This document shows, in pieces, positions 18,837 to 28,594 of a stretch of DNA of 64,000 bases. Origin of the DNA: a virus. The first letter of the stretch is position 1. Every line of letters begins with the position of its first letter. Made by a program: the position numbers and the translations under genes. The stretch covers positions 1-64,000 of IMG/VR virus record IMGVR_UViG_3300046779_001754. The stretch is one strand, 5' to 3'. The notes under the pieces are model-generated. The model was not told the origin of the DNA, did not search any database, and saw only the letters and a list, made by a program, of their open reading frames with translations.

Positions 18837-19088
18837 ATGCCCATACTTAATTGCCGACAACAATACAAAGTGTCTTTTTGGATTATTACCTTACCAATAG
18901 GTATGTATGTTCTTGTGTTATTGGTGCTGGTTAATCTAAATCCTTTTTGGTTTAGGCAAAATTTCATGGATTGGTTACTGAATCATGTCAACAATCTTGC
19001 AAGTTGGCGAAGCAAGTTATTAGAACCGTTGAAGTTCAAGATGAATCTTTTTGACACATTGAAAAAAGATTACAAAGAAGATGCTTGA
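18837..19088 (+). CDS. putative membrane protein
   Basis: Hydrophobic segment; start uncertain. Confidence 0.55.
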   Translation: MPILNCRQQYKVSFWIITLPIGMYVLVLLVLVNLNPFWFRQNFMDWLLNHVNNLASWRSKLLEPLKFKMNLFDTLKKDYKEDA

Positions 19089-19113
19089 CACAAAAAACAT
19101 AATTGCATATAAT
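19085..19113 (+). promoter_or_regulatory. sigma70 promoter
   Basis: TTGACA-17-TATAAT, perfect consensus. Confidence 0.85.
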
Positions 19114-19166
19114 AGAGTTTCAGTAGTAGATAAAAGTTTTTCCCGTAACTAGATTAGGAGATAAGT

Positions 19167-20255
19167 GTGTCAGATAACCGCACAGTAAACATTAAACAGG
19201 CACGCCGTAGCATTCTTAAAGCATTCAAAGTCAAGCGTCCTATTTTTCTCTGGGGTCCGCCCGGTATTGGTAAGAGTGATGTTGTAGCCGACATTACTCG
19301 AGAGCTTGGTGGCTTTATGATTGACCTTCGACTGGGTCAGATGGAGCCAACAGATATTCGTGGTATTCCTTATTTCAACAAGGACAAAGGTGTTATGGAT
19401 TGGGCTCCACCTATTGACCTTCCTACTGAAGAATTTGCAAGTGAATATCCTGTTGTGGTGTTGTTTATGGACGAGCTTAACTCTGCTCCGCCCAGTGTCC
19501 AGGCTGCTGCTTATCAGCTAATTCTAAACCGACGTGTAGGTAAGTATCGCTTGCCTGACAATGTTGTGATGATTGCTGCCGGTAATCGTGAGTCAGACAA
19601 AGGGGTTACGTTCCGTATGCCAACTCCGCTGGCAAATCGTTTTATCCATCAAGAGCTCAAACAAGACTTTGGTGTGTGGCAAGAGTGGGCTACTCAAAAC
19701 AAGATTCACAAAGACGTTGTAGGTTACCTGAGCTTTGCCAAGCAAGACCTATATGACTTTGATTCTAAATCTAGCTCACGTGCTTTTGCTACACCTCGTA
19801 CCTGGAGCTTTGTTAGCGAACTGCTGCAAGACGATGACCTTGACGAGGAAACAGCAACTAACCTAATTGCTGGTACTATCGGCGAAGGTCTTGCAGTTAA
19901 GTTTGCAGCACACCGTAAGATTGCAGGTAAGATGCCCAAGCCCGAAGATATTCTCAGCGGCAAGGTCACTAAACTTGAAGTCAAAGAAGTTTCAGCTATG
20001 TATTCTCTAGTGATCTCAATGTGCTATGAGCTCAAAGATGCTGTTGAGAACAAAGTCGAAGACAAGAAGTTTCATACCATGGCCGACTACTTCTTCCGTT
20101 ATATGATGGATAACTTTGAAGTTGAACTTGTGGTTATGGGTGCGCGGATTGCGTTGACTACTTACAATCTTCCATTCCAACCTACCAAGCTTACTAACTT
20201 TGATGAGTTCCATCAGCGTTACGGCAAGTACATTTTGTCTGCTTCAAGTAACTAA
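19167..20255 (+). CDS. MoxR-like AAA+ ATPase
   Basis: GPPGIGKS, LFMDELN, IAAGNR, LANRF, TPRTW. Confidence 0.92.
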   Translation: MSDNRTVNIKQARRSILKAFKVKRPIFLWGPPGIGKSDVVADITRELGGFMIDLRLGQMEPTDIRGIPYFNKDKGVMDWAPPIDLPTEEFASEYPVVVLFMDELNSAPPSVQAAAYQLILNRRVGKYRLPDNVVMIAAGNRESDKGVTFRMPTPLANRFIHQELKQDFGVWQEWATQNKIHKDVVGYLSFAKQDLYDFDSKSSSRAFATPRTWSFVSELLQDDDLDEETATNLIAGTIGEGLAVKFAAHRKIAGKMPKPEDILSGKVTKLEVKEVSAMYSLVISMCYELKDAVENKVEDKKFHTMADYFFRYMMDNFEVELVVMGARIALTTYNLPFQPTKLTNFDEFHQRYGKYILSASSN

Positions 20256-21133
20256 AACTGTGCGGGGGGTCGGGGGCTTAGGCTCTCGGCCTTTTTTCTT
20301 GATAGATCTGCGGTGGCACAATGAATGCCACAGTCCCAAAAAGGTGCATGTCTAAATGGAACAATGTGTGCAGTTACGTTATATCTTTGCAATGCAGCGG
20401 CCACAGTGTCATCAATGCAGTTTGTTACAATATTGTTCTTATCTATTATTAACATATTGAGTTCAAATACTGTTTCGTCAGGATTACCAACCCAGGATTC
20501 AAGATATTGATTTAAAAATTCTAGCGTAGGAGTGTTTCTGTAAACGTTCCAGTTGGGTTTAGTTGAGGTTTCGTTAACGTACACTACCTCGTAATCGTTG
20601 AAGTTTTTTTTATAAAAAAGCGTGAGAAGATCTGGTCTTTGATAATCTCGGCTGCTGATGATCAACCCCGGACAAGGAATAGTAAACCATCCGTCAATGT
20701 GACCAGGTTGATAAAACCTAACTATTTGATAGTCAGAGAAATGTTCCAGCACTGTTAAATCAACGTCGCGACTCAAGCATATTTTATCACCAAAATGATG
20801 TATTGAACTAGCATTAACTGTTGGTAATTTAATTGCATTAAATTCTGGAAAGTTGGCTTGATCCACAAAGATTCTATCATCAATCACAAGTATATGATCC
20901 CTAGGACTTACAATTGGACGATGGTTAAAATTACTATCACATTGTGGACGGTACACTGTAATGCCGCGATTGGTTAACCATGTGGCAAGGTCATCTAAGT
21001 CATCTTGCGTTTCGCGGACTATGGTCAACAGTTGATTACGTATGTTGGAATCTTCTACCCACTCTAAACTAGTACGGCACGTTCCGACCATGACATCAGT
21101 TAAGGGTGCCCAAGGATCATCAATAGAGAACAT
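20252..21133 (-). CDS. amidinotransferase-family protein (paralog 1)
   Basis: W.PL.DVMVG, SPRD, GHIDG, FWDCGIHCAT; start placed at MFSIDD by analogy with the paralog. Confidence 0.8.
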   Translation of the reverse strand: MFSIDDPWAPLTDVMVGTCRTSLEWVEDSNIRNQLLTIVRETQDDLDDLATWLTNRGITVYRPQCDSNFNHRPIVSPRDHILVIDDRIFVDQANFPEFNAIKLPTVNASSIHHFGDKICLSRDVDLTVLEHFSDYQIVRFYQPGHIDGWFTIPCPGLIISSRDYQRPDLLTLFYKKNFNDYEVVYVNETSTKPNWNVYRNTPTLEFLNQYLESWVGNPDETVFELNMLIIDKNNIVTNCIDDTVAAALQRYNVTAHIVPFRHAPFWDCGIHCATADLSRKKAESLSPRPPAQF

Positions 21134-21144
21134 TGTGATATTTA

Positions 21145-21357
21145 ATGGAAAAACACTACATAACTCGAACTTTTGATCCGTATGATCGTGATAAGTTTTT
21201 AGAGTTTGGTATATCCTTGCATCGAGAATTTGGGCGGTTTGGGATTCGTTGGGGTGCTGAGTATCAAGAAACTCGTGGCAATGCAAGAACAATTCGTTAT
21301 TGGTTTGCTAACGAAAATGACCGACTAATATTTGCTATAAAGTACCTACATGATTGA
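21145..21357 (+). CDS. small phage protein (F-x2-E-x-D-x3-F family)
   Basis: WFANENDRLIFAIKY. Confidence 0.65.
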   Translation: MEKHYITRTFDPYDRDKFLEFGISLHREFGRFGIRWGAEYQETRGNARTIRYWFANENDRLIFAIKYLHD

Positions 21358-21382
21358 CCATTTATTCGAACTAAGTTATAAT
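21354..21382 (+). promoter_or_regulatory. sigma70 promoter
   Basis: TTGACC-17-TATAAT. Confidence 0.8.
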
Positions 21383-21405
21383 AGTGAAACACTTGGAGGT
21401 AATAC

Positions 21406-22701
21406 ATGACTAAAAGCAGCGGCACTACAAAAAACGATAAAGAACTAGCAAAGAAATTTGCTAACCTTATTGGTCCCACAGATCCCAAACTTGATCGCGA
21501 AGTACGAGAACTTTTGATTACTGCGCGAGTTGGCTTGCTACTTAAATCTAGTTTCTTTGGAAATCTTGCAACACGATTGAAACTTGTCAATGCCGACGAA
21601 TGGTGCGCCACTGCTGCCACAGATGGTCGTAACTTTTATTACAACACTCGTTTTGTTAAAATGCTGGGCTCTCGTGAGCTAGAGTTTTTGTTTGGACACG
21701 AGGTCCTACACGTAGTTTATGATCACTTTGGTCGTCGTCACAGTCGTGATCCGCAATTATGGAACATTGCCAATGACTATGCTGTCAATGCAGACTTGAA
21801 AAAACACCGCGTTGGTGAGTTTATTACTTCGGTTCCTTGCTTGTATGACTCAAAATTTGAGGGCATGAGCTCAGAAGAAATTTACGATAATCTATACGAG
21901 AATGCCGAAAAAATTGATATTAATCAGCTGATTGATAAACTGCTTGATGATCACATGGATGGTCAAGGCGACGGCGAGGACGACAGTGAAGGCAGCAACA
22001 AAGATGGTCAAAGTGGAGGCAAGCGTCCCAAGCTAACCGACGAAGAACGCCAGGCTATCCGTGATGAGATTAAAGAAGCAGTGCTGAGTGCAGCACAGGC
22101 ATCAGATGCAGGTTCTATTCCTGTTGGTGTCAAACGCATTATTCAAAATCTCACTGAACCCAAGATGAACTGGCGTGAGATGCTACGTATGCAAATGGAG
22201 TCAACTATTAAGTCGGACTTTACATGGATGCGGGCAAGTCGCCGGGGATGGCACATGGATGCTGTGATGCCAGGTATGAAGCCCGACGAAATGATTGACA
22301 TTTGTGTTATGCTTGATGCTTCAGGTTCTATTGGTGAAGTTATGCTTAAAGACTTCCTTAGTGAAGTACAAGGCATCATGGATCAATTTGGACAGTTCCG
22401 TATTCACATTGCTACGTTTGACACCGAAGTATATAATCCTGCTAGTTACGACAGCGAGAACATGGACACTATGTTAGATTACGAAGTGTCTGGTGGTGGT
22501 GGCACTGACTTTGAATGTATGTTCCATTATCTCAAAGATCAACAAATTGAACCCAAACGATTGATTGTGTTCACTGACGGTTATCCGTTTGGTTCTTGGG
22601 GTGATGAAAACTACGCCGACACATTGTGGATCTTACACGGTACCAAGAGTATTGTTCCACCCTGGGGGCAATATGCTTACTACGAAGAGGAATCAAACTA
22701 A
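21406..22701 (+). CDS. metallopeptidase-like plus VWA domain protein (DUF2201-type MoxR partner)
   Basis: TAATDG, HEVLH, WNIANDY, DASGS MIDAS, GGGGTDF, FTDGY. Confidence 0.9.
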   Translation: MTKSSGTTKNDKELAKKFANLIGPTDPKLDREVRELLITARVGLLLKSSFFGNLATRLKLVNADEWCATAATDGRNFYYNTRFVKMLGSRELEFLFGHEVLHVVYDHFGRRHSRDPQLWNIANDYAVNADLKKHRVGEFITSVPCLYDSKFEGMSSEEIYDNLYENAEKIDINQLIDKLLDDHMDGQGDGEDDSEGSNKDGQSGGKRPKLTDEERQAIRDEIKEAVLSAAQASDAGSIPVGVKRIIQNLTEPKMNWREMLRMQMESTIKSDFTWMRASRRGWHMDAVMPGMKPDEMIDICVMLDASGSIGEVMLKDFLSEVQGIMDQFGQFRIHIATFDTEVYNPASYDSENMDTMLDYEVSGGGGTDFECMFHYLKDQQIEPKRLIVFTDGYPFGSWGDENYADTLWILHGTKSIVPPWGQYAYYEEESN

Positions 22702-22713
22702 GTCAATTTAGCC

Positions 22714-22749
22714 AAAACACCGTAGAATTTATTTTCTACGGTGTTTTTT
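22714..22749 (+). terminator. rho-independent terminator
   Basis: AAAACACCGTAGAA/TTCTACGGTGTTTT. Confidence 0.8.
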
Positions 22750-22764
22750 CGCTTAAATATCTGC

Positions 22765-23004
22765 ATGGAAAACACTGATACAAATACCCCAAATATCACA
22801 GTTCAAGACCTACAAGGCTTGAAATCGGCACTTGAAGTGGCTTGTGCTCGTGGCGCTTTTCGCGCAGAAGAAATGCAGGCAATTGGTACACTGTACAACA
22901 ATGTCGCACAGTTCTTAAATGCGATTGAACCACAGCTACAATCAGCTCCTGCTGAGCAACCTGCTGCCGCAGAACCCGAAGTTGCACCAGTTCAAGGAGA
23001 ATAA
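22765..23004 (+). CDS. hypothetical phage protein
   Basis: ITVQDL...ACARGAFRAEEM; ATG after TAAATA. Confidence 0.7.
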   Translation: MENTDTNTPNITVQDLQGLKSALEVACARGAFRAEEMQAIGTLYNNVAQFLNAIEPQLQSAPAEQPAAAEPEVAPVQGE

Positions 23005-23005
23005 A

Positions 23006-23734
23006 ATGTTTTTGAAACATATCGGACGTCACAATGATCGAAAGGTTGTTGTGATATTTAAAACCATTCCTGCCATGGATCATATGTGCTTGGTAATCTA
23101 TCCTGAGATACTACCAGCACACTGGCATGATGCTATCATGCGAGTATTAGAAAGTGACGTAGGACAACAGGCGGATGAATTTGCCGATGCACTGCATCGA
23201 AATTTCCTACCAGATGGACGCAACATTCTTGAAACTCTGCATCGTGAAGGCATGATGAAAAAAGCCAATACCGAGCAAGTTATCATGACACCAAATACCA
23301 ACAGCACAATTCGTCTTGACGAACTCAACAAAATGTTGAATGAAATGAAAATGGGCGAAGAAGCAGTAAGACGTATGGCTGAGATTGACAAAAATCGTGG
23401 CTTAGTTGATGCACCTACGAAACGTGCAGCAGAACAGGCTTACAAAGAAAGTCGCGGTGTACAACAATCACCCATGCCACAGGCTCGTGCCGGCGCAGAC
23501 TCTTTTCTTAACGATCACGATCTAGCCAATAACATGTTAGCCCAGGCACAACGCATGGAAGCCGATGCCAAAGGTCTGCTTTCCGAAGCTGCACGTATGA
23601 AGAAAGATGCCGAACGTATGTATCCAGGTGTTAATACAAGAGAAACTAAGGTATCAGTTGCTCCTGAAACCGCGGTTGCACCAGCAAAGCGTGGTCGTCC
23701 TAAAAAGGTAGCAGCCGGTCATGAATCTCAGTGA
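23006..23734 (+). CDS. hypothetical protein with C-terminal AT-hook-like motif
   Basis: AAGGAG SD; coiled-coil-like region; KRGRPKK. Confidence 0.75.
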   Translation: MFLKHIGRHNDRKVVVIFKTIPAMDHMCLVIYPEILPAHWHDAIMRVLESDVGQQADEFADALHRNFLPDGRNILETLHREGMMKKANTEQVIMTPNTNSTIRLDELNKMLNEMKMGEEAVRRMAEIDKNRGLVDAPTKRAAEQAYKESRGVQQSPMPQARAGADSFLNDHDLANNMLAQAQRMEADAKGLLSEAARMKKDAERMYPGVNTRETKVSVAPETAVAPAKRGRPKKVAAGHESQ

Positions 23735-24026
23735 TGATTTTTTAGAGAAGTGGGAACACATCATATCAGGAATTGATGAAAAAACTGCAATTCCTCTTGA
23801 GTGTATTAAAAAAGTAATCATTAAAATTGAAGGTCGTCGTCGCAAAACAATCAACCTCCAGGCCTTGAAAAAACAGGGCCTGGAATTAGATGAAATAGAG
23901 TTAGTTATATCACGTCAGCTGGCCGAGCTAGACGATCTTGTACAGGATTTAGAATTTGTACTTGACGTCAATGCAGTGGCCGAATTAGTTCAACCCGAAA
24001 CAAATAGAATACTAAGCGGATTATAA
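23721..24026 (+). CDS. hypothetical protein
   Basis: Overlapping ORF in the same operon. Confidence 0.7.
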   Translation: MNLSDDFLEKWEHIISGIDEKTAIPLECIKKVIIKIEGRRRKTINLQALKKQGLELDEIELVISRQLAELDDLVQDLEFVLDVNAVAELVQPETNRILSGL

Positions 24027-24713
24027 ATGAATGTTAAACTTGTTTCCTTCAGCCAACCAACTGAAGAATTCTCCCATCACGGCATTTCAGATGTCCAGGA
24101 ACTCATTGCCTATTGCGCCCGTGTCTCAAACCCAAGCAACCAGTTCAACACTGAAACATCGGCTAAACTTATTCGATACTTGGTCAAACATGCTCACTGG
24201 AGCCCGTTGGAAATGGTTTCGGCCTGCTGCGAAATTACCACCACCCGAGACATTGCCCGACAAATTCTTAGGCACCGAAGTTTTAGTTTCCAGGAGTTCA
24301 GTCAGCGATATGCTGACCCTACGGAGGACTTGTCGTTTGTACTCCGAGAAGCCCGACTACAGGATCCAAAAAATAGACAAGCTAGTATAGAACTTGATCT
24401 AGCCAATGACTTTGAAGCTCGAGCAATTTCTGCAGAATGGGCTAATCGTCAACAGAAAGTTATTACCGAAGCACGTATTCAATATCAATGGGCTGTAGAA
24501 AATGGTATTGCCAAAGAACAAGCTCGATCAGTATTACCTGAAGGCAACACAGTTAGTAAACTTTATATGAATGGAACTCTTCGTAGTTGGATACATTTCA
24601 TAGAACTTAGATCAGGCAATGGCACTCAAAAAGAACACCAAGAAGTTGCTCGAGCCTGTGCTGAAGTAATTGCCGCGGTGTTTCCCATGACAACAGAATT
24701 TGTCAATGGCTAA
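24027..24713 (+). CDS. thyX: FAD-dependent thymidylate synthase
   Basis: HWSPLE, RHRSFSFQEFSQRY, EQAR.VLP. Confidence 0.98.
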   Translation: MNVKLVSFSQPTEEFSHHGISDVQELIAYCARVSNPSNQFNTETSAKLIRYLVKHAHWSPLEMVSACCEITTTRDIARQILRHRSFSFQEFSQRYADPTEDLSFVLREARLQDPKNRQASIELDLANDFEARAISAEWANRQQKVITEARIQYQWAVENGIAKEQARSVLPEGNTVSKLYMNGTLRSWIHFIELRSGNGTQKEHQEVARACAEVIAAVFPMTTEFVNG

Positions 24714-25017
24714 AAACTATCTTAAATTACCCGAACGATTTGTAATGCATAATCTCAATAGGTCCTCACAGTACACTGAAAAAGTTATCTTGCATAGTTT
24801 TACCATCGGTGATGTTGAAGATCCAATGCTGTATGCAGCACCGCCTATTGGCGAATGGCAACAAACTGAAAAAGGTCAGTGGTGTATGCAGCATTGTGAA
24901 GGTGAAATAGTGTTCCACAGCATGCAAGATCACATTGGCTGGGGTTACAAAATTGTACTACAGGGCGCATTGAGCCCTAAAAATCTAACTTATTTTCAAT
25001 TAAAGTGGGGCAAATGA
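24706..25017 (+). CDS. hypothetical phage protein
   Basis: GDVEDPMLYAA; C-terminal TYFQLKW. Confidence 0.7.
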   Translation: MAKNYLKLPERFVMHNLNRSSQYTEKVILHSFTIGDVEDPMLYAAPPIGEWQQTEKGQWCMQHCEGEIVFHSMQDHIGWGYKIVLQGALSPKNLTYFQLKWGK

Positions 25018-25979
25018 AAATCCTAGTTACCGGAGGCCTGGGACTTATTGGTCACAATGTAGTACAGATTCTCAAAAAACAGGGTCATAAAGTGTCTATC
25101 ATCGACAACATGACCAACTATGGTGTAATACCCCAGAACGAACTTGATTATCTCATGCGAGAGCGCAGAGCCAAACTACCGCTGTCTGTGTGTCATTACA
25201 CCGATGATATTGCTCGAGCAGAATCAATTGACAGTATTTTTCTAGCTGAATGGCCTGATATTGTCATACACATGGCTAGTTTTCCCCGACAAAAAGTAGT
25301 CAATGCAGATCCGCGACGCGGCGCTAGAGTAATGACCGAAGGCTTGATAAACCTGTTAGAAAGTTCAGTGACTTATCAAGTAAAAAGATTTGTATACATT
25401 TCAAGTTCAATGGTCTACGGACCGTTTAATAACGACACTCGAGAAGATGCAGTTTGTCGTCCACAAGGACAATATGGTATACTAAAACTTGCCGGCGAAG
25501 ACCTAGTAAAAGATTACGCACGTCGCGGGTGTTTTGATTATACTATAATTCGCCCCAGTGCGGTATATGGACCATTAGATGTTGAGGATCGTGTTATATC
25601 ACGATTTATGATGCAGGCCATGCGTGGTGGCGTATTACAAGTAAATGGTGCCCTTGAATCATTGGACTTTACCTATGTTGATGATGCTGCCCAAGGTATA
25701 GCCGCTGCCAGCACTGCTGATACAACTGCTAATCGCACATATAATATCACTAAGAGTCACGCCTACACACTGTTGCAAGCAGCAAAAATGATCCTTCAAT
25801 TAGTAGGTAGTGGCACTATTGAAATTGGAGATCGTGATCCTGATTTTCCTAGTCGCGGGTCATTGAATTGTGATGCTGCTCGTCAAGACTTTGGTTACGA
25901 TCCACAAGTAGATGTTGCTGAAGGGTTTGAACATTATTATCAATGGTTATCGTCAAGCTCTTATCATAAATGGGCATAA
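25014..25979 (+). CDS. NAD-dependent sugar epimerase/dehydratase (extended SDR)
   Basis: ILVTGGLGLIG, SSSMVYG, YGILK. Confidence 0.93.
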   Translation: MKILVTGGLGLIGHNVVQILKKQGHKVSIIDNMTNYGVIPQNELDYLMRERRAKLPLSVCHYTDDIARAESIDSIFLAEWPDIVIHMASFPRQKVVNADPRRGARVMTEGLINLLESSVTYQVKRFVYISSSMVYGPFNNDTREDAVCRPQGQYGILKLAGEDLVKDYARRGCFDYTIIRPSAVYGPLDVEDRVISRFMMQAMRGGVLQVNGALESLDFTYVDDAAQGIAAASTADTTANRTYNITKSHAYTLLQAAKMILQLVGSGTIEIGDRDPDFPSRGSLNCDAARQDFGYDPQVDVAEGFEHYYQWLSSSSYHKWA

Positions 25980-26596
25980 AAATACTTGTTGTCAGCGCAC
26001 ATCCCGACGATGCAGAAATTGCCTGTGGTGGGACCTTGCGTCGCTACCAAGAACAAGGCGCTGAAATTGTCAGTGTAGTCGCTGTGCAGCCCAGTACTGA
26101 AGTTAATCCAAAACGAACACATGCCATTGTCAGCCAAGAACTTGAGAACAGTTACAAGTTAAGCAGATGGAATCTCAAAATATTTCCAACACCGTTGCAT
26201 TCAGGTGGTAGACCAAATCTTGTGACAGACAATGTCACAATGACCGGACTAGAAAAATTACTAGAACCCTGTGATATTGCAATTATACCCAATCCCGAAG
26301 ACAGTCATCAAGATCATAGAGCCACTTACGAACTAGCATACCCGTATGTTCGTCGACACGCACAGCAAACTTGGTTAATGCACAGTTGGCCTTATTGTCA
26401 TGATTATAATCATGCCGCTAATCATTATGTTGAAATTTCCAAGCAATGGCAATTCAAAAGACAACTGTTAGAATGCTATGCCAGCTATCTATCCACAGAA
26501 GCTGTTTCTCAAATTTACACTGCCAATCAATACTGGGCACAAAAGAATAGACAAATACTCTCAGAATGTTTTACAATAGTAAACTCTTATGAATAA
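25970..26596 (+). CDS. PIG-L/LmbE-family deacetylase
   Basis: AHPDDAEIACGG, HQDH. Confidence 0.9.
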   Translation: MGIKILVVSAHPDDAEIACGGTLRRYQEQGAEIVSVVAVQPSTEVNPKRTHAIVSQELENSYKLSRWNLKIFPTPLHSGGRPNLVTDNVTMTGLEKLLEPCDIAIIPNPEDSHQDHRATYELAYPYVRRHAQQTWLMHSWPYCHDYNHAANHYVEISKQWQFKRQLLECYASYLSTEAVSQIYTANQYWAQKNRQILSECFTIVNSYE

Positions 26597-27635
26597 GATA
26601 GAACTATTTCAAACTGCCAAAGTCTGGGACCAAATACGTGATAGAGTCTGGGAAATGACCAACGATGCGCACCAAGAAGGTCGCGCACAAAATTCACGCA
26701 TAGTAAAAAGTCTTGAAAGCAGATTGGCTACTCAGTATGGTCGTCAATATTGTGTTACAACTGCCAGTGGCACTGATGCATTGATCGTTGCAATCAAATG
26801 CCTACAGTTGCCTCCTCAAAGTCGTATTGCAGTAGGCACATATACCTTCGTTGCCACAGCTCATGCCATTGCTCGAGCAGGACACATTGCTATACCAGTA
26901 GACATCAGTGACAACTATTGTATCAATTGGCATAAAATACCACCATGTGATGCTGTTGTAGGTATTGACATATTTGGTAACTCCTGTGACTGGAATGCCA
27001 TACGTCGTCTTGGAGTTCCTGTTATCTGTGATGCTGCACAAAGTTTAGAGAGTGTGGACCGAGAAGGCTATTCAAGTTTGCAACATGGTTTCATAGCTTG
27101 TACTAGTTTTGCGCCCAGCAAACCCATTAGTAGTTTTGGTAGTGGCGGAGCCTTGTTAACCGACAATGCCACAGTCAACGATCTTGCTCAAGAATATCGA
27201 ATTCATGGTAAAACTCAAAGCGAACAGGCCTGTCGTGATTCAGGACTAAACAGTATGATCAGTAGCTTTGAAGCTGCTTGTGTTCATGCCGGCATTGAGC
27301 ACAGTCAAGCATGGCAAGATCGTAGAATTAAAATTACAGAATACCTACTGGACCGCAGTCATTACATGAGTCCTTTAGATCGTAATCTCAAAAGACACAG
27401 TTACAGTAAATTGGTTTTCCGCAGCACCGAACGCGACCGGACTATAGAAAAATTGCACATGGCTGGTATTGCCACTGCCATACACTATCCTAGGTTAATA
27501 CATCAGGAACCCTTGTATCAACAATTGGATCAATGTCCTGTTGCTAGTGCTGCTAGTCAAATGACATTTACAGTACCAAACCAACATACACTCACCGACA
27601 GTGAAGTAGAACGCATTGCTGAGGCACTACAATGA
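26589..27635 (+). CDS. DegT/DnrJ/StrS sugar aminotransferase
   Basis: SGTDAL, TFVAT, DAAQS, SFAPSK(PLP)..GSGGA. Confidence 0.92.
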   Translation: MNKIELFQTAKVWDQIRDRVWEMTNDAHQEGRAQNSRIVKSLESRLATQYGRQYCVTTASGTDALIVAIKCLQLPPQSRIAVGTYTFVATAHAIARAGHIAIPVDISDNYCINWHKIPPCDAVVGIDIFGNSCDWNAIRRLGVPVICDAAQSLESVDREGYSSLQHGFIACTSFAPSKPISSFGSGGALLTDNATVNDLAQEYRIHGKTQSEQACRDSGLNSMISSFEAACVHAGIEHSQAWQDRRIKITEYLLDRSHYMSPLDRNLKRHSYSKLVFRSTERDRTIEKLHMAGIATAIHYPRLIHQEPLYQQLDQCPVASAASQMTFTVPNQHTLTDSEVERIAEALQ

Positions 27636-28594
27636 ACATATTAATACTAGGAGGACACGGATTTATCGGACACAACGTGGCTCGCATGTTAAAAGACTGC
27701 TCCCATCAAGTCGCCACAGTTGACTGTCATCATCAATACGGGGACTATCCCTGGTGGGAATATTATCCTGTGCTAGATCAACGATTAGATCTTATAGGAA
27801 AGCATCAACATTTTCAAGGCAATGTCAGAGACGAAGCATTTATGACCATGGTGTTTGAAGAAGTGTCTCCGGATGTGGTCATAGATCTCGCTACCTATCC
27901 CAATGCTAAAATGGTCCAACGTAACATTGTTGATGCTACAGAAAACATGATCACTGCCACAGCCCTGGCTCTTAAATTGTCAACTCAATACAGTGTTCGC
28001 CGTTTTGTTCTAGCATCGTCAAGCATGGTCTATGGTGAGTTTGGTAATACTCCACCTGATGAAACTGCTGTATGTAATCCCATGACGTTGTATGGCAGTT
28101 ACAAATTGCAGTGTGAACAGATGTGCAAGATATTTGCTGCCAACTCTGGCTTAGAATATACCATATTAAGACCCAGTGCATTATATGGTACTAGAGATAT
28201 GATCGTGAGAGCGATTAGTAAGATGACTGTGTCGGCAATTACACAGGGTAAAATTGTTGTCAACGGCGCCGACAATCGACTGGATTTTAGTAATGTCATT
28301 GATGTAGCTCAGGCATTTGTCTGGGCCAGCACCGAAGCTGCTTGCGCCAATCAAATATATAACTGTACTCGAGGTCGTGGACGTCGTATTATTGAAGCAG
28401 CGGAAATTATACAACAATACATTCCGGCCAAGATTGAATTGCAACCACACGACAGTTTTTATCCCAATCGAGACACACTCAACAGTGATAAACTGCAAAA
28501 TCACACAGGATGGCGGCCATCAATAGATATTGAAACCGGTATAGGGGAATATATTCAATGGCTTCAGGATCAAAGTTATATCAATCGGCTCTAA
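27632..28594 (+). CDS. NAD-dependent sugar epimerase/dehydratase (paralog)
   Basis: ILGGHGFIG, SSSMVYG, YGSYK. Confidence 0.92.
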   Translation: MNILILGGHGFIGHNVARMLKDCSHQVATVDCHHQYGDYPWWEYYPVLDQRLDLIGKHQHFQGNVRDEAFMTMVFEEVSPDVVIDLATYPNAKMVQRNIVDATENMITATALALKLSTQYSVRRFVLASSSMVYGEFGNTPPDETAVCNPMTLYGSYKLQCEQMCKIFAANSGLEYTILRPSALYGTRDMIVRAISKMTVSAITQGKIVVNGADNRLDFSNVIDVAQAFVWASTEAACANQIYNCTRGRGRRIIEAAEIIQQYIPAKIELQPHDSFYPNRDTLNSDKLQNHTGWRPSIDIETGIGEYIQWLQDQSYINRL

